Origin: Tolypothrix carrinoi HA7290-LM1
GTDB lineage: Bacteria > Cyanobacteriota > Cyanobacteriia > Cyanobacteriales > Nostocaceae
Assembly: GCA_019358935.1 (NCBI GenBank)
Contig: JAHHIK010000012.1
Span: 40,283 to 104,282 of the forward strand
Direction of reading: 5' to 3'
Length of the DNA stretch: 64,000 nt
This document shows, one piece after another, positions 1-9,273 of the stretch. Position 1 is the stretch's first letter; each line of letters opens with the position of its first letter. The notes beneath the pieces were generated by a model. It was not told where the DNA came from. It was given only the letters and a program-made list of their open reading frames with translations, and did no database searches. Made by a program: the position numbers and the translations under genes.

Positions 1-236
1 GTATCGGCGATTGGACAGTTGATATATATTTAATGATGGCACTCAGGCGATCGGATAGTTTACCCAAAGGTGACTTGGGGTTAATATTAGCAATACAGAA
101 AGTTAAACGATTAGAACATCGACCCTCAGCAGCAGAAATTGTAGCGATCGCTGAAATTTGGCGTCCTTGGAGAGCAGTAGCCACGCGCTTATTATGGCAT
201 TATTATCTCAGTGAGCGATTACTCCGACAGAAATAA
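1..236 (+). CDS. DNA-3-methyladenine glycosylase (AlkA/HhH-GPD family), C-terminal part; 5' end outside window
   Basis: Frame is open from position 3: IGDWTVDIYLMMAL..P.GDLG..W.PWR..A..LLW, typical HhH-GPD glycosylase C-terminus. Confidence 0.85.
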   Translation, partial: IGDWTVDIYLMMALRRSDSLPKGDLGLILAIQKVKRLEHRPSAAEIVAIAEIWRPWRAVATRLLWHYYLSERLLRQK

Positions 237-255
237 AATTTTACTCATCCTGAAG

Positions 256-960
256 CTAACGCTTCTGGCAAATATACTCAGCATATTCAGTTGTTGGGTA
301 ATCTTTTTCTATAATCTCAAAGCCACTTCGCGTTAACATACTTTCTAGAATCCAAGCAAAAGTGCTGTTTTCCTCACGCACATGCATTTCAAAGTCTGCT
401 TTAGTGAAACCTTCACCCGCAGGTTTTGCTACACGATTTATCCAAGCGTCGATACTTGAACAATACTCGTTAGGTTCAAAAGAAAAAACTACATCTCGCA
501 GATACAGCACTCCTCCCGGTTTCAACATTGACTGCATCCGCAACAATCCCACCATCTTCCAAAAATCGGGCAAGTGATGAAAGGCAAACTTCGTTACAAT
601 ATAATCAACTTGTTCGCCTTGGTGTTCGTAAGTGAGAAAACCAGCACGATAAAACTCGATATTTTCAGCATTGGCAGCACTGGCTTTGTGTCGAGCATAA
701 GATAACATAGCATCAGACACATCCACAGCATATACGTAAGCCCCTGCAACTGCTGCTTGAATGGCAAAAGTAGCCGTTCCTGTTCCTATTTCAATTACAG
801 TATGCTCTTTTGAAATGCCCAGACGTTGAATTAATGCCTGATTGACTTCGGGAGTATTTGATGTTTGTTTGCGATCGTAGGACTGCACTTGTGCAGCATC
901 CTCAAAATCAACGCCTATCTGTTGCAATTCATCATAATACCACCCAGGAATCATAGTCAT
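256..960 (-). CDS. Class I SAM-dependent methyltransferase
   Basis: VIEIGTGT motif I, VYAVDVS motif II, FAFHHL and LKPGG motifs; start could be 975. Confidence 0.85.
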   Translation of the reverse strand: MTMIPGWYYDELQQIGVDFEDAAQVQSYDRKQTSNTPEVNQALIQRLGISKEHTVIEIGTGTATFAIQAAVAGAYVYAVDVSDAMLSYARHKASAANAENIEFYRAGFLTYEHQGEQVDYIVTKFAFHHLPDFWKMVGLLRMQSMLKPGGVLYLRDVVFSFEPNEYCSSIDAWINRVAKPAGEGFTKADFEMHVREENSTFAWILESMLTRSGFEIIEKDYPTTEYAEYICQKR

Positions 961-1081
961 TTGACTGCACCGCATTTTTTAATAGGTTTGGCATTCTCAC
1001 CCTAATAACCGTCTTCAGGGCAAGTAAATAGCAGTCTACAATAGTAGCCTAAAGAAGGATTATGCCCAACCACGTAATTAT

Positions 1082-2557
1082 ATGACTTCATCTGCTCTTG
1101 TAAAAACTGAGTACGAAGCGATTATTGGTTTAGAAACCCATTGTCAGCTCAGTACTAACACCAAGATTTTCTCTAATAGTTCTACGGCTTTTGGTGCCGA
1201 CCCCAATACTAACATTGACCCGGTTTGTATGGGTCTACCTGGGGTATTACCCGTACTCAACGAAAAAGTATTAGAATACGCTGTGAAAGCGGGTTTAGCC
1301 CTAAATTGCCAAATCGCTAAATATAGCAAGTTTGACCGCAAACAGTATTTTTATCCGGATTTACCGAAAAATTACCAAATTTCTCAATACGACTTACCGA
1401 TCGCTGAACATGGCTGGTTAGAAATTGAGTTAGTCGATGCTGATGGTAATCCGCTGCGGAAAAAAATCGGCATCACTCGTCTGCACATGGAAGAAGATGC
1501 GGGAAAATTAGTTCACGCGGGAAGCGATCGCCTTAGTGGTTCTACTTATTCTCTGGTAGACTACAATCGAGCAGGTGTGCCTTTGGTAGAAATTGTCTCC
1601 GAACCAGATTTGCGTTCCGGACAAGAAGCTGCTGAATATGCTCAAGAATTACGCCGCATTGTCCGCTATATCGGCGTGAGTGATGGTAACATGCAAGAAG
1701 GTTCTCTCCGCTGTGATGTCAACATCTCTGTGCGTCCGATTGGACAAAAAGAGTTTGGCACGAAGGTGGAAATTAAAAACATGAACTCTTTCAATGCGAT
1801 CCAAAGAGCGATAGAATACGAAATTGAACGCCAAATAGCCGCAGTAGAAGCTGGCGATCGCATTATCCAAGAAACTCGTCTTTGGGAAGAAACTTCTCAA
1901 CGCACTATTAGTATGCGCGTTAAAGAAGGAAGCAGCGATTATCGCTATTTCCCAGAACCAGATTTAGCACCGATTGAGGTAACAAACGAACAATTAGCCA
2001 ATTGGCGCAGTACACTACCAGAATTACCAGCAGAAAAACGTCATCGTTATGAATCTGATTTGGGACTTTCACCTTACGATGCGCGGGTGTTAACTGAGGA
2101 AAGCAATGTAGCTGCGTATTTTGAAGAAGCGATCGCACTTGGTGCAAATCCCAAACAAGCTGCTAACTGGATTATGGGCGATATCGCCGCATACCTCAAC
2201 AAGCAAAAACTCAGCATCACCGAAATTGCCCTTACTCCTACCAACTTAGCAAAAGTTATCACTCTCATTGAAAAGGGTACCATCGGCAGTAACAAAGCAA
2301 AAGAAAAATTACCAGAGTTGCTAGCTGGTAATTCTCCCGATGAAGTATTCAAAGGTGAAGAAAAAATCTCTGACGCTAGCGTACTCGAACCCATTATCGA
2401 CCAAATCATCGCCGCCAATCCCAAAGAACTAGAAAAATACAAAAGCGGTAAAACCAATCTCAAAGGCTTCTTTGTTGGACAAGTTCTCAAACAAACTGGT
2501 GGACGTGCCGATCCAAAACTGACTAACGAATTAGTAGACCAAAAGTTGAACGCTTAG
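1082..2557 (+). CDS. gatB: Asp-tRNA(Asn)/Glu-tRNA(Gln) amidotransferase subunit B
   Basis: IGLETHCQL, HMEEDAGK, DYNRAGVPLVEIVSEP, SLRCDVNIS, YRYFPEPDL motifs. Confidence 0.98.
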   Translation: MTSSALVKTEYEAIIGLETHCQLSTNTKIFSNSSTAFGADPNTNIDPVCMGLPGVLPVLNEKVLEYAVKAGLALNCQIAKYSKFDRKQYFYPDLPKNYQISQYDLPIAEHGWLEIELVDADGNPLRKKIGITRLHMEEDAGKLVHAGSDRLSGSTYSLVDYNRAGVPLVEIVSEPDLRSGQEAAEYAQELRRIVRYIGVSDGNMQEGSLRCDVNISVRPIGQKEFGTKVEIKNMNSFNAIQRAIEYEIERQIAAVEAGDRIIQETRLWEETSQRTISMRVKEGSSDYRYFPEPDLAPIEVTNEQLANWRSTLPELPAEKRHRYESDLGLSPYDARVLTEESNVAAYFEEAIALGANPKQAANWIMGDIAAYLNKQKLSITEIALTPTNLAKVITLIEKGTIGSNKAKEKLPELLAGNSPDEVFKGEEKISDASVLEPIIDQIIAANPKELEKYKSGKTNLKGFFVGQVLKQTGGRADPKLTNELVDQKLNA

Positions 2558-2564
2558 AGAAGAA

Positions 2565-2810
2565 GACAGGGGGACAAGGAGACAGGGGGACAAGGGGGAC
2601 AAGGGGGACAAGGAGGACAAGGAGGACAAGGAGGACAAGGAGGACAAGGAGGACAAGGAGGACAAGGAGGACAAGGGGGACAAGGGGGACAGGGAGACAA
2701 GGAGGACAAGGAAGCATCTTTTCTCCCTTGTCTCCCTTGTCTCCCCCCTCCCCCCCTCTCCCTTGTCTCCCTTGTCTCCCCCCTCCCCCCCCTCTCCCCA
2801 TCTCCCCCTC
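2565..2810. repeat. STRR-type 8-9-mer tandem repeats (GGAGGACAA/GGGGACAA arm followed by CCTTGTCTCC arm)
   Basis: Tandem GGA/GGGACAA units followed by a complementary C-rich arm, directly after the gatB stop. Confidence 0.9.
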
Positions 2811-2910
2811 TTGACTGTATTTTCCCCGATACTTCTTCACAATAACTTGATAAAACATACATTAAAGATGGGTGCAACACCTCAGTCCAAAAATGCTATA
2901 CTGTGATAAT

Positions 2911-2959
2911 TAGATGCACCCTGATGATCTGGAGAGCTGCCCAAGTGGCTCTCCTTTTT
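2911..2959 (+). ncRNA. Putative ~50-nt sRNA, copy 1 of 3
   Basis: TG-C-TATACT extended -10 upstream; TAGATGCACCCTGATGATCT leader; hairpin GGAGAGCTGC-CCAA-GTGGCTCTCC followed by T5. Confidence 0.7.
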
Positions 2960-3023
2960 CGTTTTTAGAATTCTGGGAGAAATTGCGTCGAACTGATTTT
3001 CCGAAAAAACTTGTTAGGGGGTA

Positions 3024-3051
3024 TTGCACCTCACCCCAGATGTGATAGTAT
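3024..3051 (+). promoter_or_regulatory. Sigma70-like promoter of sRNA copy 2 (identical copy at about 3259-3286)
   Basis: TTGCAC-N16-TAGTAT with TG extension, about 8 nt upstream of the conserved leader. Confidence 0.6.
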
Positions 3052-3059
3052 ATGTTAAG

Positions 3060-3108
3060 TAGATGCACCCTGATGATCTGGAGAGCCACCCAAGTAGCTC
3101 TCCTTTTT
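3060..3108 (+). ncRNA. Putative ~50-nt sRNA, copy 2 of 3
   Basis: Same leader; hairpin GGAGAGCCAC-CCAA-GTAGCTCTCC followed by T5; part of a ~105-bp exact repeat with copy 3. Confidence 0.7.
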
Positions 3109-3294
3109 CATTTTTATGGTTGCCAAAGAAATTGCTTACAGTCATATCTTGCACATACCACAGTCAACGCAGAAAATAGAAAGTGGTCTAATCGGTGTAT
3201 GTGAAAACCACTGTAATCCAAAATCTCAAATCAAAAATAAAAAACTTGTTAGGGGGTATTGCACCTCACCCCAGATGTGATAGTATATGTTAAG

Positions 3295-3343
3295 TAGATG
3301 CACCCTGATGATCTGGAGAGCCACCCAAGTAGCTCTCCTTTTT
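3295..3343 (+). ncRNA. Putative ~50-nt sRNA, copy 3 of 3
   Basis: Identical to copy 2 including promoter, 235 bp downstream. Confidence 0.7.
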
Positions 3344-3483
3344 CGTTTTTGTCCTAAATTTGCCTAGACAAGCGTTTCAAATAGGCAAGTTATTAATAAC
3401 TAACAAATTATCACTCTTTGGGTAACGAAGACTTGATATAATCGCCCCTCAAGCAAAGAGTAATAGTTGAAGGGATACGAATA

Positions 3484-4797
3484 ATGAATGACTGGCAGGA
3501 AATTACTGGTGGTGTGACAGCACCTAGAGGTTATCGGGCAGCAGGAATTACCGCAGGGTTAAAACCTTCGGGATTGCCGGATTTGGCTTTGATAGTATCA
3601 GATGTAGAGGCGATCGCAGCTGGTGTATTCACCACTTGCCAAGTAAAAGCCGCGTGTGTAGATTATTGTCGCCAACGTTTGCTCTCAAAGCATAGCGCTC
3701 GTGCTATTCTCTGCAACGCGGGACAAGCAAATGCAGCAACGGGTAACGAAGGCTGGTTAGATGCTTTAGAATGTGCGATGCTATTAGGGCAAGAGCTAAA
3801 TATGCCTTCAGAATCGATTCTGCTTGCTTCTACAGGTGTAATCGGTCAAAGAATTAAGATGGAACCTTTACGCAGTGGGATTCCCAAGCTGGTGGCAGCA
3901 TTATCAGAAACAGGTTCAGATGCAGCAGCTGGGGCGATTATTACTACCGATTTAGTCACAAAATCCATTGCATTAGAAACAAGTATAGGCGATCGCCCGG
4001 TGCGAATTGGTGGCATTGCCAAAGGTTCGGGGATGATTCATCCGAATATGGCAACGATGTTAGCATTTGTTACTTGTGATGCCGCAGTTGCACCTACTCT
4101 GTGGCAACAAATGTTAAGTCGCGCAGCTGATAGAAGCTTTAATTCGATTACCGTGGATGGTGATACTAGTACCAATGATAGCTTGATAGCGCTTGCTAAC
4201 GGTCAATCTCGCACCCCAGCAATTACAGAAATGGGTGCAGAAGCGGAAAAATTAGAAGCGATGTTAACAGCAGTATGCCAGCATTTAGCGAAAGCGATCG
4301 CTCGTGATGGTGAAGGTGCAACTTGTCTGATTGAAGTGCAAGTTAGTGGGGCAACCGATGAACAAGCAGCTAATCAAATCGCTAAAACCATCGCCGGCTC
4401 ATCTTTAGTTAAGTCTGCCATATTTGGACGCGATCCAAACTGGGGACGCATCGCTGCTGCTGCTGGACGTGCAGGTATTCCTTTTGAGCAAGAAAACCTG
4501 CAAATTAAATTAGGGGATTTCTTGATGATGGAGAATGGTCAACCAATACCATTTGATCGCAAAGCAGCGAGTGCTTATTTAAAACAAGCAGCAGCGAATG
4601 CTTCTAAACCACAAGATATGATGGCTACGGATATGAGCAATGATTTGTCGGGGGATAGAAGTACAATCAAGGCTCAAAGTTTAGATAATCCGGTGATAAT
4701 TGCAGTCAGCGTTGGTAATGGACACGGTTCGGGTAAAGCTTGGGGTTGTGATTTGAGTTACGACTATGTGAAAATTAACGCCGAGTATACAACTTAA
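3484..4797 (+). CDS. argJ: Bifunctional ornithine acetyltransferase/N-acetylglutamate synthase
   Basis: AKGSGMIHPNMATML autocleavage motif, DGDTSTND, DGEGAT, GCDLSYDYVKINAEY. Confidence 0.97.
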   Translation: MNDWQEITGGVTAPRGYRAAGITAGLKPSGLPDLALIVSDVEAIAAGVFTTCQVKAACVDYCRQRLLSKHSARAILCNAGQANAATGNEGWLDALECAMLLGQELNMPSESILLASTGVIGQRIKMEPLRSGIPKLVAALSETGSDAAAGAIITTDLVTKSIALETSIGDRPVRIGGIAKGSGMIHPNMATMLAFVTCDAAVAPTLWQQMLSRAADRSFNSITVDGDTSTNDSLIALANGQSRTPAITEMGAEAEKLEAMLTAVCQHLAKAIARDGEGATCLIEVQVSGATDEQAANQIAKTIAGSSLVKSAIFGRDPNWGRIAAAAGRAGIPFEQENLQIKLGDFLMMENGQPIPFDRKAASAYLKQAAANASKPQDMMATDMSNDLSGDRSTIKAQSLDNPVIIAVSVGNGHGSGKAWGCDLSYDYVKINAEYTT

Positions 4798-4862
4798 GAA
4801 TAACGAACCGCGTTCGCCCTTGGCGTCTCCGAAGGAGAAGACGCGAAGAGCGCTAAGAAAAG

Positions 4863-5714
4863 ATGGCTAAAGTAGCAGATATCGGTGGGAAGCGTTTAAT
4901 TAGTTTAGCTCCAGATGCTTGGGTAAAATGGGTAACGCAGTCCCCCGATGTCTTGGCTAGAGAAATTCTGGCTTCGGAATTTCAGTGGATTAGCCGAGAA
5001 AGCGATGTTGTAGTTAAAGCTTACCATCCGCAAATCGGGGATTTTTTGGTGTTGAACGAGTTGCAATTGCGTTACAACACCCGCTTACCTCGACGAATGC
5101 GTGCTTATGCGGCACTGGCAGAGGAACGCTACAATTTACCAGTTTACCCGGTACTGATTAATATTTTGCCTCCACCGGAGACAATGGAAATAGTCAGCAA
5201 TTATGAATCCCAGGTTTTAGGGTTACAAGCGCGTCAAGATTATCGGGTGATTAATTTGTGGGAAGTTGACGCACAGATTGTTTTTCAACAACCTCTACCA
5301 TCCTTACTTCCTTTTGTACCTGTGTTGAAAGGTGGGGATGAAATCGCGGTGGTACAGCTTGCTGTACAAGCTTTACGTGCTGATGAACAGTTAAATGAAT
5401 TAGAACCGCTATTAGCCTTTTTTGCTAGCTTTGTATTGTCTAGTCGTTTAGTGCAGCAAATTATGAGGTGGGATATGGCTGTGTTACAAGAATCTCCCTG
5501 GTATCAAGAAATTTTGCAGCAAGGAGAAACACGAGGTTTACTTTCTGGTATTGAATTGGGTTTGGAACTAAAATTTGGTGCTGAAGGGTTACAGTTAATG
5601 CCAGAAATCTCGCAAATTACCGATTTAGATGTGTTAAAGACGATTCGCGAAGGATTGCGGACAATGAATTCTCTAGAGGAAATTAGGCAAATTTATACAA
5701 TAAATGAAACATGA
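4863..5714 (+). CDS. Rpn-family recombination-promoting nuclease/putative transposase (PD-(D/E)xK)
   Basis: RESDVVVK..LNELQ..RMRAYAA motif; C-terminal ESPWYQEILQQG..LELKFG tail typical of the cyanobacterial family. Confidence 0.8.
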   Translation: MAKVADIGGKRLISLAPDAWVKWVTQSPDVLAREILASEFQWISRESDVVVKAYHPQIGDFLVLNELQLRYNTRLPRRMRAYAALAEERYNLPVYPVLINILPPPETMEIVSNYESQVLGLQARQDYRVINLWEVDAQIVFQQPLPSLLPFVPVLKGGDEIAVVQLAVQALRADEQLNELEPLLAFFASFVLSSRLVQQIMRWDMAVLQESPWYQEILQQGETRGLLSGIELGLELKFGAEGLQLMPEISQITDLDVLKTIREGLRTMNSLEEIRQIYTINET

Positions 5715-6327
5715 ATTTTCTCGAAATCCCTTCTCCTTCAAAGACGCTCCGCGAACGGGTTCGCCACTTCGACGGGACGGTACAGGCAACCGCCGAGTGG
5801 ACTCACCGCAACGCATTTCTGTAGTTGGGACTAGTGGTTGTGGTAAGACGACTTTGGCGAAGCAAATTTCGCAGCGTCTTACCATTCCTCATGTAGAACT
5901 AGATTATCTGCACTGGCAACCGAATTGGGTGGAAGTGCCGAATGATGTGATGAGAGAAAAAGTTTCTCAAGCGCTGTCGGGCAATGCTTGGGTAGTAGAT
6001 GGAAATTATAGCATGGTGCGCGATATTGTTTGGGGAAAAGCTGATACAATTGTCTGGTTAGATTATTCTTTGTCGGTGGTGATGAGTCGTATAGTTTGGC
6101 GGACATTTCAACGGGTGGTGAAGCAACAAGAAGTCTGCAATGGCAACCGTGAAACTTGGAAAACTACTTTCAGCCGTGATTCAATAATTTTATGGGCGCT
6201 TCAAACTTATCATAAAAATCGCAGGCAATATGCGCTGCTATTGCAAAAACCTGAGTATGCACATCTTAATATAGTGCATTTGCGATCGCCTGCATCTGCA
6301 CAAAGTTGGTTGTCACTAATTCATTAG
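5704..6327 (+). CDS. Adenylate kinase-like/topology-modulation P-loop protein with a 26-aa repeat-derived insertion
   Basis: RISVVGTSGCGKTT Walker A, ELD..HW.PNW, WVVDGNY; insertion at 5728-5805. Confidence 0.85.
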   Translation: MKHEFSRNPFSFKDAPRTGSPLRRDGTGNRRVDSPQRISVVGTSGCGKTTLAKQISQRLTIPHVELDYLHWQPNWVEVPNDVMREKVSQALSGNAWVVDGNYSMVRDIVWGKADTIVWLDYSLSVVMSRIVWRTFQRVVKQQEVCNGNRETWKTTFSRDSIILWALQTYHKNRRQYALLLQKPEYAHLNIVHLRSPASAQSWLSLIH

Positions 6328-6331
6328 TATT

Positions 6332-6973
6332 ATGAGTAACTTACAAACCAAAATACCGACTGATACATGGATACCCGCAACGTGGGATGAATACATCCAA
6401 GAAATTGAAAATCCGGCACGCGAAAAAGCCAAGGGTTACTACTACAACGGCAAAATGAGGATTGAAATCTACGCAATAGGTAATGACCACGCTAGCGACC
6501 ATACAATAGTTATCCTTGCTGCTAGCAGCTACGCAGCTATCAAAAACATTCCCATGAATGGCAATGATAACTGCACTTACCGAAAAATAGGCTTTAATGA
6601 GGCGCAACCTGATGTATCTTACTACATTGGTGAAAATGCTGATGTAATTCCTTGGGGAACTTCCATTATCAACCTCGATAACTATCCACCGCCAAATTTA
6701 GTGATTGAAGTTGCAAATACTTCTTTAGCAGATGATAAAGGTGAAAAACGTCTGCTGTATGAAGAATTAGGAGTAGATGAATACTGGATTATAGATGTGC
6801 GGAATGTCCAAGTTATTGCTTTTGCCGTAGAAAATAACGGTAGTCGCAAAATTACTCAATCTCTGGTTTTACCTGGTTTAGCAATTTCTGTTTTAGAAGA
6901 AGCTTTCCGACGTACTCGACAAATGAATCAAAGCCAAGTTGTAGCTTGGTTATTATCGCAATTTCAGCAATAA
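6332..6973 (+). CDS. Uma2 family endonuclease (DUF820)
   Basis: QPDVSYY, PPNLVIEVA..S..DD..K..LY..LGV.EYWIID. Confidence 0.9.
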   Translation: MSNLQTKIPTDTWIPATWDEYIQEIENPAREKAKGYYYNGKMRIEIYAIGNDHASDHTIVILAASSYAAIKNIPMNGNDNCTYRKIGFNEAQPDVSYYIGENADVIPWGTSIINLDNYPPPNLVIEVANTSLADDKGEKRLLYEELGVDEYWIIDVRNVQVIAFAVENNGSRKITQSLVLPGLAISVLEEAFRRTRQMNQSQVVAWLLSQFQQ

Positions 6974-7020
6974 TATCATTAAAACAGAAAAAGAGGCAAT
7001 AAACCCCTTTTTCATCATCT

Positions 7021-7707
7021 TTACAATCGTTGCAGCAGACTTAAACCGTGGGTATCAGTACCACAAGTGTTGTAAAGATTAAATTCATTAGCTAGCTGTT
7101 TTACCTGTTCTGATTCTAAGACACTTGCTCGCCAAGGATTAGGATTATTGTAGGCGTAATACGTTTCCACACCATCAATACCAGCCTCAGCAGCAGCGGG
7201 AATCAAGTCGAAATGCGATCGCCTATAACGAGCTGGATGAGCGAGTACCGCTAATCCCCCAGCATTGTGAATCGCTGCAATCACATTAGCTATCTGATAA
7301 TCTTCGCCAGTAGCAATCTTTCTTTGCAGATAGCGTTTTATACTGGGATGTTCTGGTTCAAAAGCATAACCCAAAATGTGGACTTCCACATTTAAAAGGT
7401 TGGCATGAATTTCTACACCACTCCACAGGTGAGGAGAATTTGCACCTGGGTTGTTCCACTTCCAGTCTTCTAACCAAGTTTGTGCTGCTTGGTAGCCGTT
7501 AATACTATGATGGTCTGTGATGGCAAATCCTTTTAAACCAATAGCGATCGCCTGTTCCATCAATGCAGCCGGCTGCAACCTGCCATCAGAATGGACAGTA
7601 TGCATGTGAAAGTTAAAACACCTCGGACAGCTTTGTGCGTCGATGTTCTGGAATACTTCTTTTAAAAGTTCCTTGGAAGTAGAAGTCCGGGCAAAATTTA
7701 CAGCCAT
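7021..7707 (-). CDS. PHP domain metal-dependent phosphoesterase
   Basis: HMHTVHSDG, AITDHH, VHILGY, LAHP, GTDTHG. Confidence 0.9.
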   Translation of the reverse strand: MAVNFARTSTSKELLKEVFQNIDAQSCPRCFNFHMHTVHSDGRLQPAALMEQAIAIGLKGFAITDHHSINGYQAAQTWLEDWKWNNPGANSPHLWSGVEIHANLLNVEVHILGYAFEPEHPSIKRYLQRKIATGEDYQIANVIAAIHNAGGLAVLAHPARYRRSHFDLIPAAAEAGIDGVETYYAYNNPNPWRASVLESEQVKQLANEFNLYNTCGTDTHGLSLLQRL

Positions 7708-8032
7708 AACCCCCTCTGAAAAGTATGCAATCTAACACTCCAACAAGATAGATTTACAGATGACAAATACCAGCACTGTAAATCAGTGTTGGAGCCGCTA
7801 TTTTTTCAGCTTCATCAGCAAATTTTTTCAATATGTTAAGACTACGTTAGCAAATTCAAAGGCTGACGGTCATGAGTATTTTCGATGGTAGTTAGGAATA
7901 TAAGTAACAAATAGAGCAAGTAATAACCGTAAAAACCGCAGGTAATATCGAGCGGGAATTGTACTTTTGTATAGAGAGAAGCTCTACAACTAAGAAAAAA
8001 GTAATCAGTATATAGACAGAAAATCCTATATT

Positions 8033-9061
8033 TTAGTATGGTAATTCTAATAATTCGCCATTACCAGCAATTACTTGTGCGATCGCATGAGCCGAAATAT
8101 CCTGTGATTTCAAGTAATTAATCGTCACATCTACTTGATTTGGTGGAACTAGCAACACAAATCCAATCCCCATATTGAAAGTGTTATACATCGCTTCGGA
8201 ACTAACTGAACCAGTTTCAGCTAGCCACTGAAATACAGGAGGAATAGTCCAACTATCAGGGTTAATTTTAATCGCTTGATTTTTCCCCAAGCATCGCGGT
8301 AGATTTTCTGGTAATCCACCACCAGTAATATGTGCCATACCGTGAATTTCTAAGCCTGCTTGACGCGCAGCAAGAACCGGTTTGACGTAAATGCGGGTAG
8401 GTGTGAGAAAAGTTTCGCCTAAAGATTGACCGTTGAGTAATTCGGGGCGATCGCTCCAAGATAAATTGCGTTCATTGATAATCTTTCTCACCAAACTAAA
8501 GCCATTGCTGTGAACACCACTGCTAGGGAGTGCGATCGCTACATCTCCTATTTGCACCTGAGAACCATCTAGCATCTGGCTTTTTTCGACAATTCCCACA
8601 CAAAAGCCAGCCAAGTCATACTCACCCAAAGAGTAAAAACCTGGCATTTCTGCGGTTTCTCCTCCCAGCAAAGCACAACCAGCCAGCTTACACCCAGAAG
8701 CTATACCCGCAACCACCTGAGTTAATTGCTCTTTTTCTAACTTACCTGTAGCGACATAATCTAAAAAAAACAGCGGTTCGGCGCCAGATGTCAGCACATC
8801 ATTAACGCACATCGCCACCAAATCAATACCAACAGTATCATGGCGATTAACAGCAGAAGCGATTTTCAGCTTTGTACCCACACCATCCGTCCCAGAAACC
8901 AATACCGGTTCCTTGAAACCCCCCGGTAGTTGAAAGCAGCCACCAAAGCCACCCAATCCGCCAATTACTTCCGGTCGAAAGGTGCTGTGAACCAAATTGC
9001 GAATTTGATCTACAAAAGCTCGACCAGCCTCTACATCAACTCCTGCATCCCGATAATCCAT
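8033..9061 (-). CDS. purM: Phosphoribosylformylglycinamidine cyclo-ligase
   Basis: [47 protein letters not shown]. Confidence 0.98.
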   Translation of the reverse strand: MDYRDAGVDVEAGRAFVDQIRNLVHSTFRPEVIGGLGGFGGCFQLPGGFKEPVLVSGTDGVGTKLKIASAVNRHDTVGIDLVAMCVNDVLTSGAEPLFFLDYVATGKLEKEQLTQVVAGIASGCKLAGCALLGGETAEMPGFYSLGEYDLAGFCVGIVEKSQMLDGSQVQIGDVAIALPSSGVHSNGFSLVRKIINERNLSWSDRPELLNGQSLGETFLTPTRIYVKPVLAARQAGLEIHGMAHITGGGLPENLPRCLGKNQAIKINPDSWTIPPVFQWLAETGSVSSEAMYNTFNMGIGFVLLVPPNQVDVTINYLKSQDISAHAIAQVIAGNGELLELPY

Positions 9062-9273
9062 AACACTTAGTCAATAGTCACTGTTTCCACAGTAGATGAG
9101 TATAGAGTCAAAAGTACATAGTTGGTGAGTTTTTGACTAAGTAGATGGGCATAAATAAACGCTTCGTCAGGTAGTATGGAAAAAGTCCAATGATTCAATA
9201 GTTAGGCTGCTTCAGGTTACTGCTGAGACATTACTTGGAGGCTCCGCCGGTGAGGTGATTGATCCCTAACTGC

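Noticed and set aside
2523..2880. ORFs with (PPC)n or (LLV)n repeats, also at 18645-19163, 33240-34300, 34992-35461, 58471-58787 and 59332-59870
   Set aside because: Translations of STRR tracts or antisense shadows of real genes; no independent coding evidence
2911..3343. Triple repeat read as a CRISPR or box C/D (TIGR-like) guide array because of CTGATGA
   Set aside because: Units are 149 and 235 bp apart, each with its own promoter and terminator; there are no regular variable spacers and no cas or Nop-domain gene nearby
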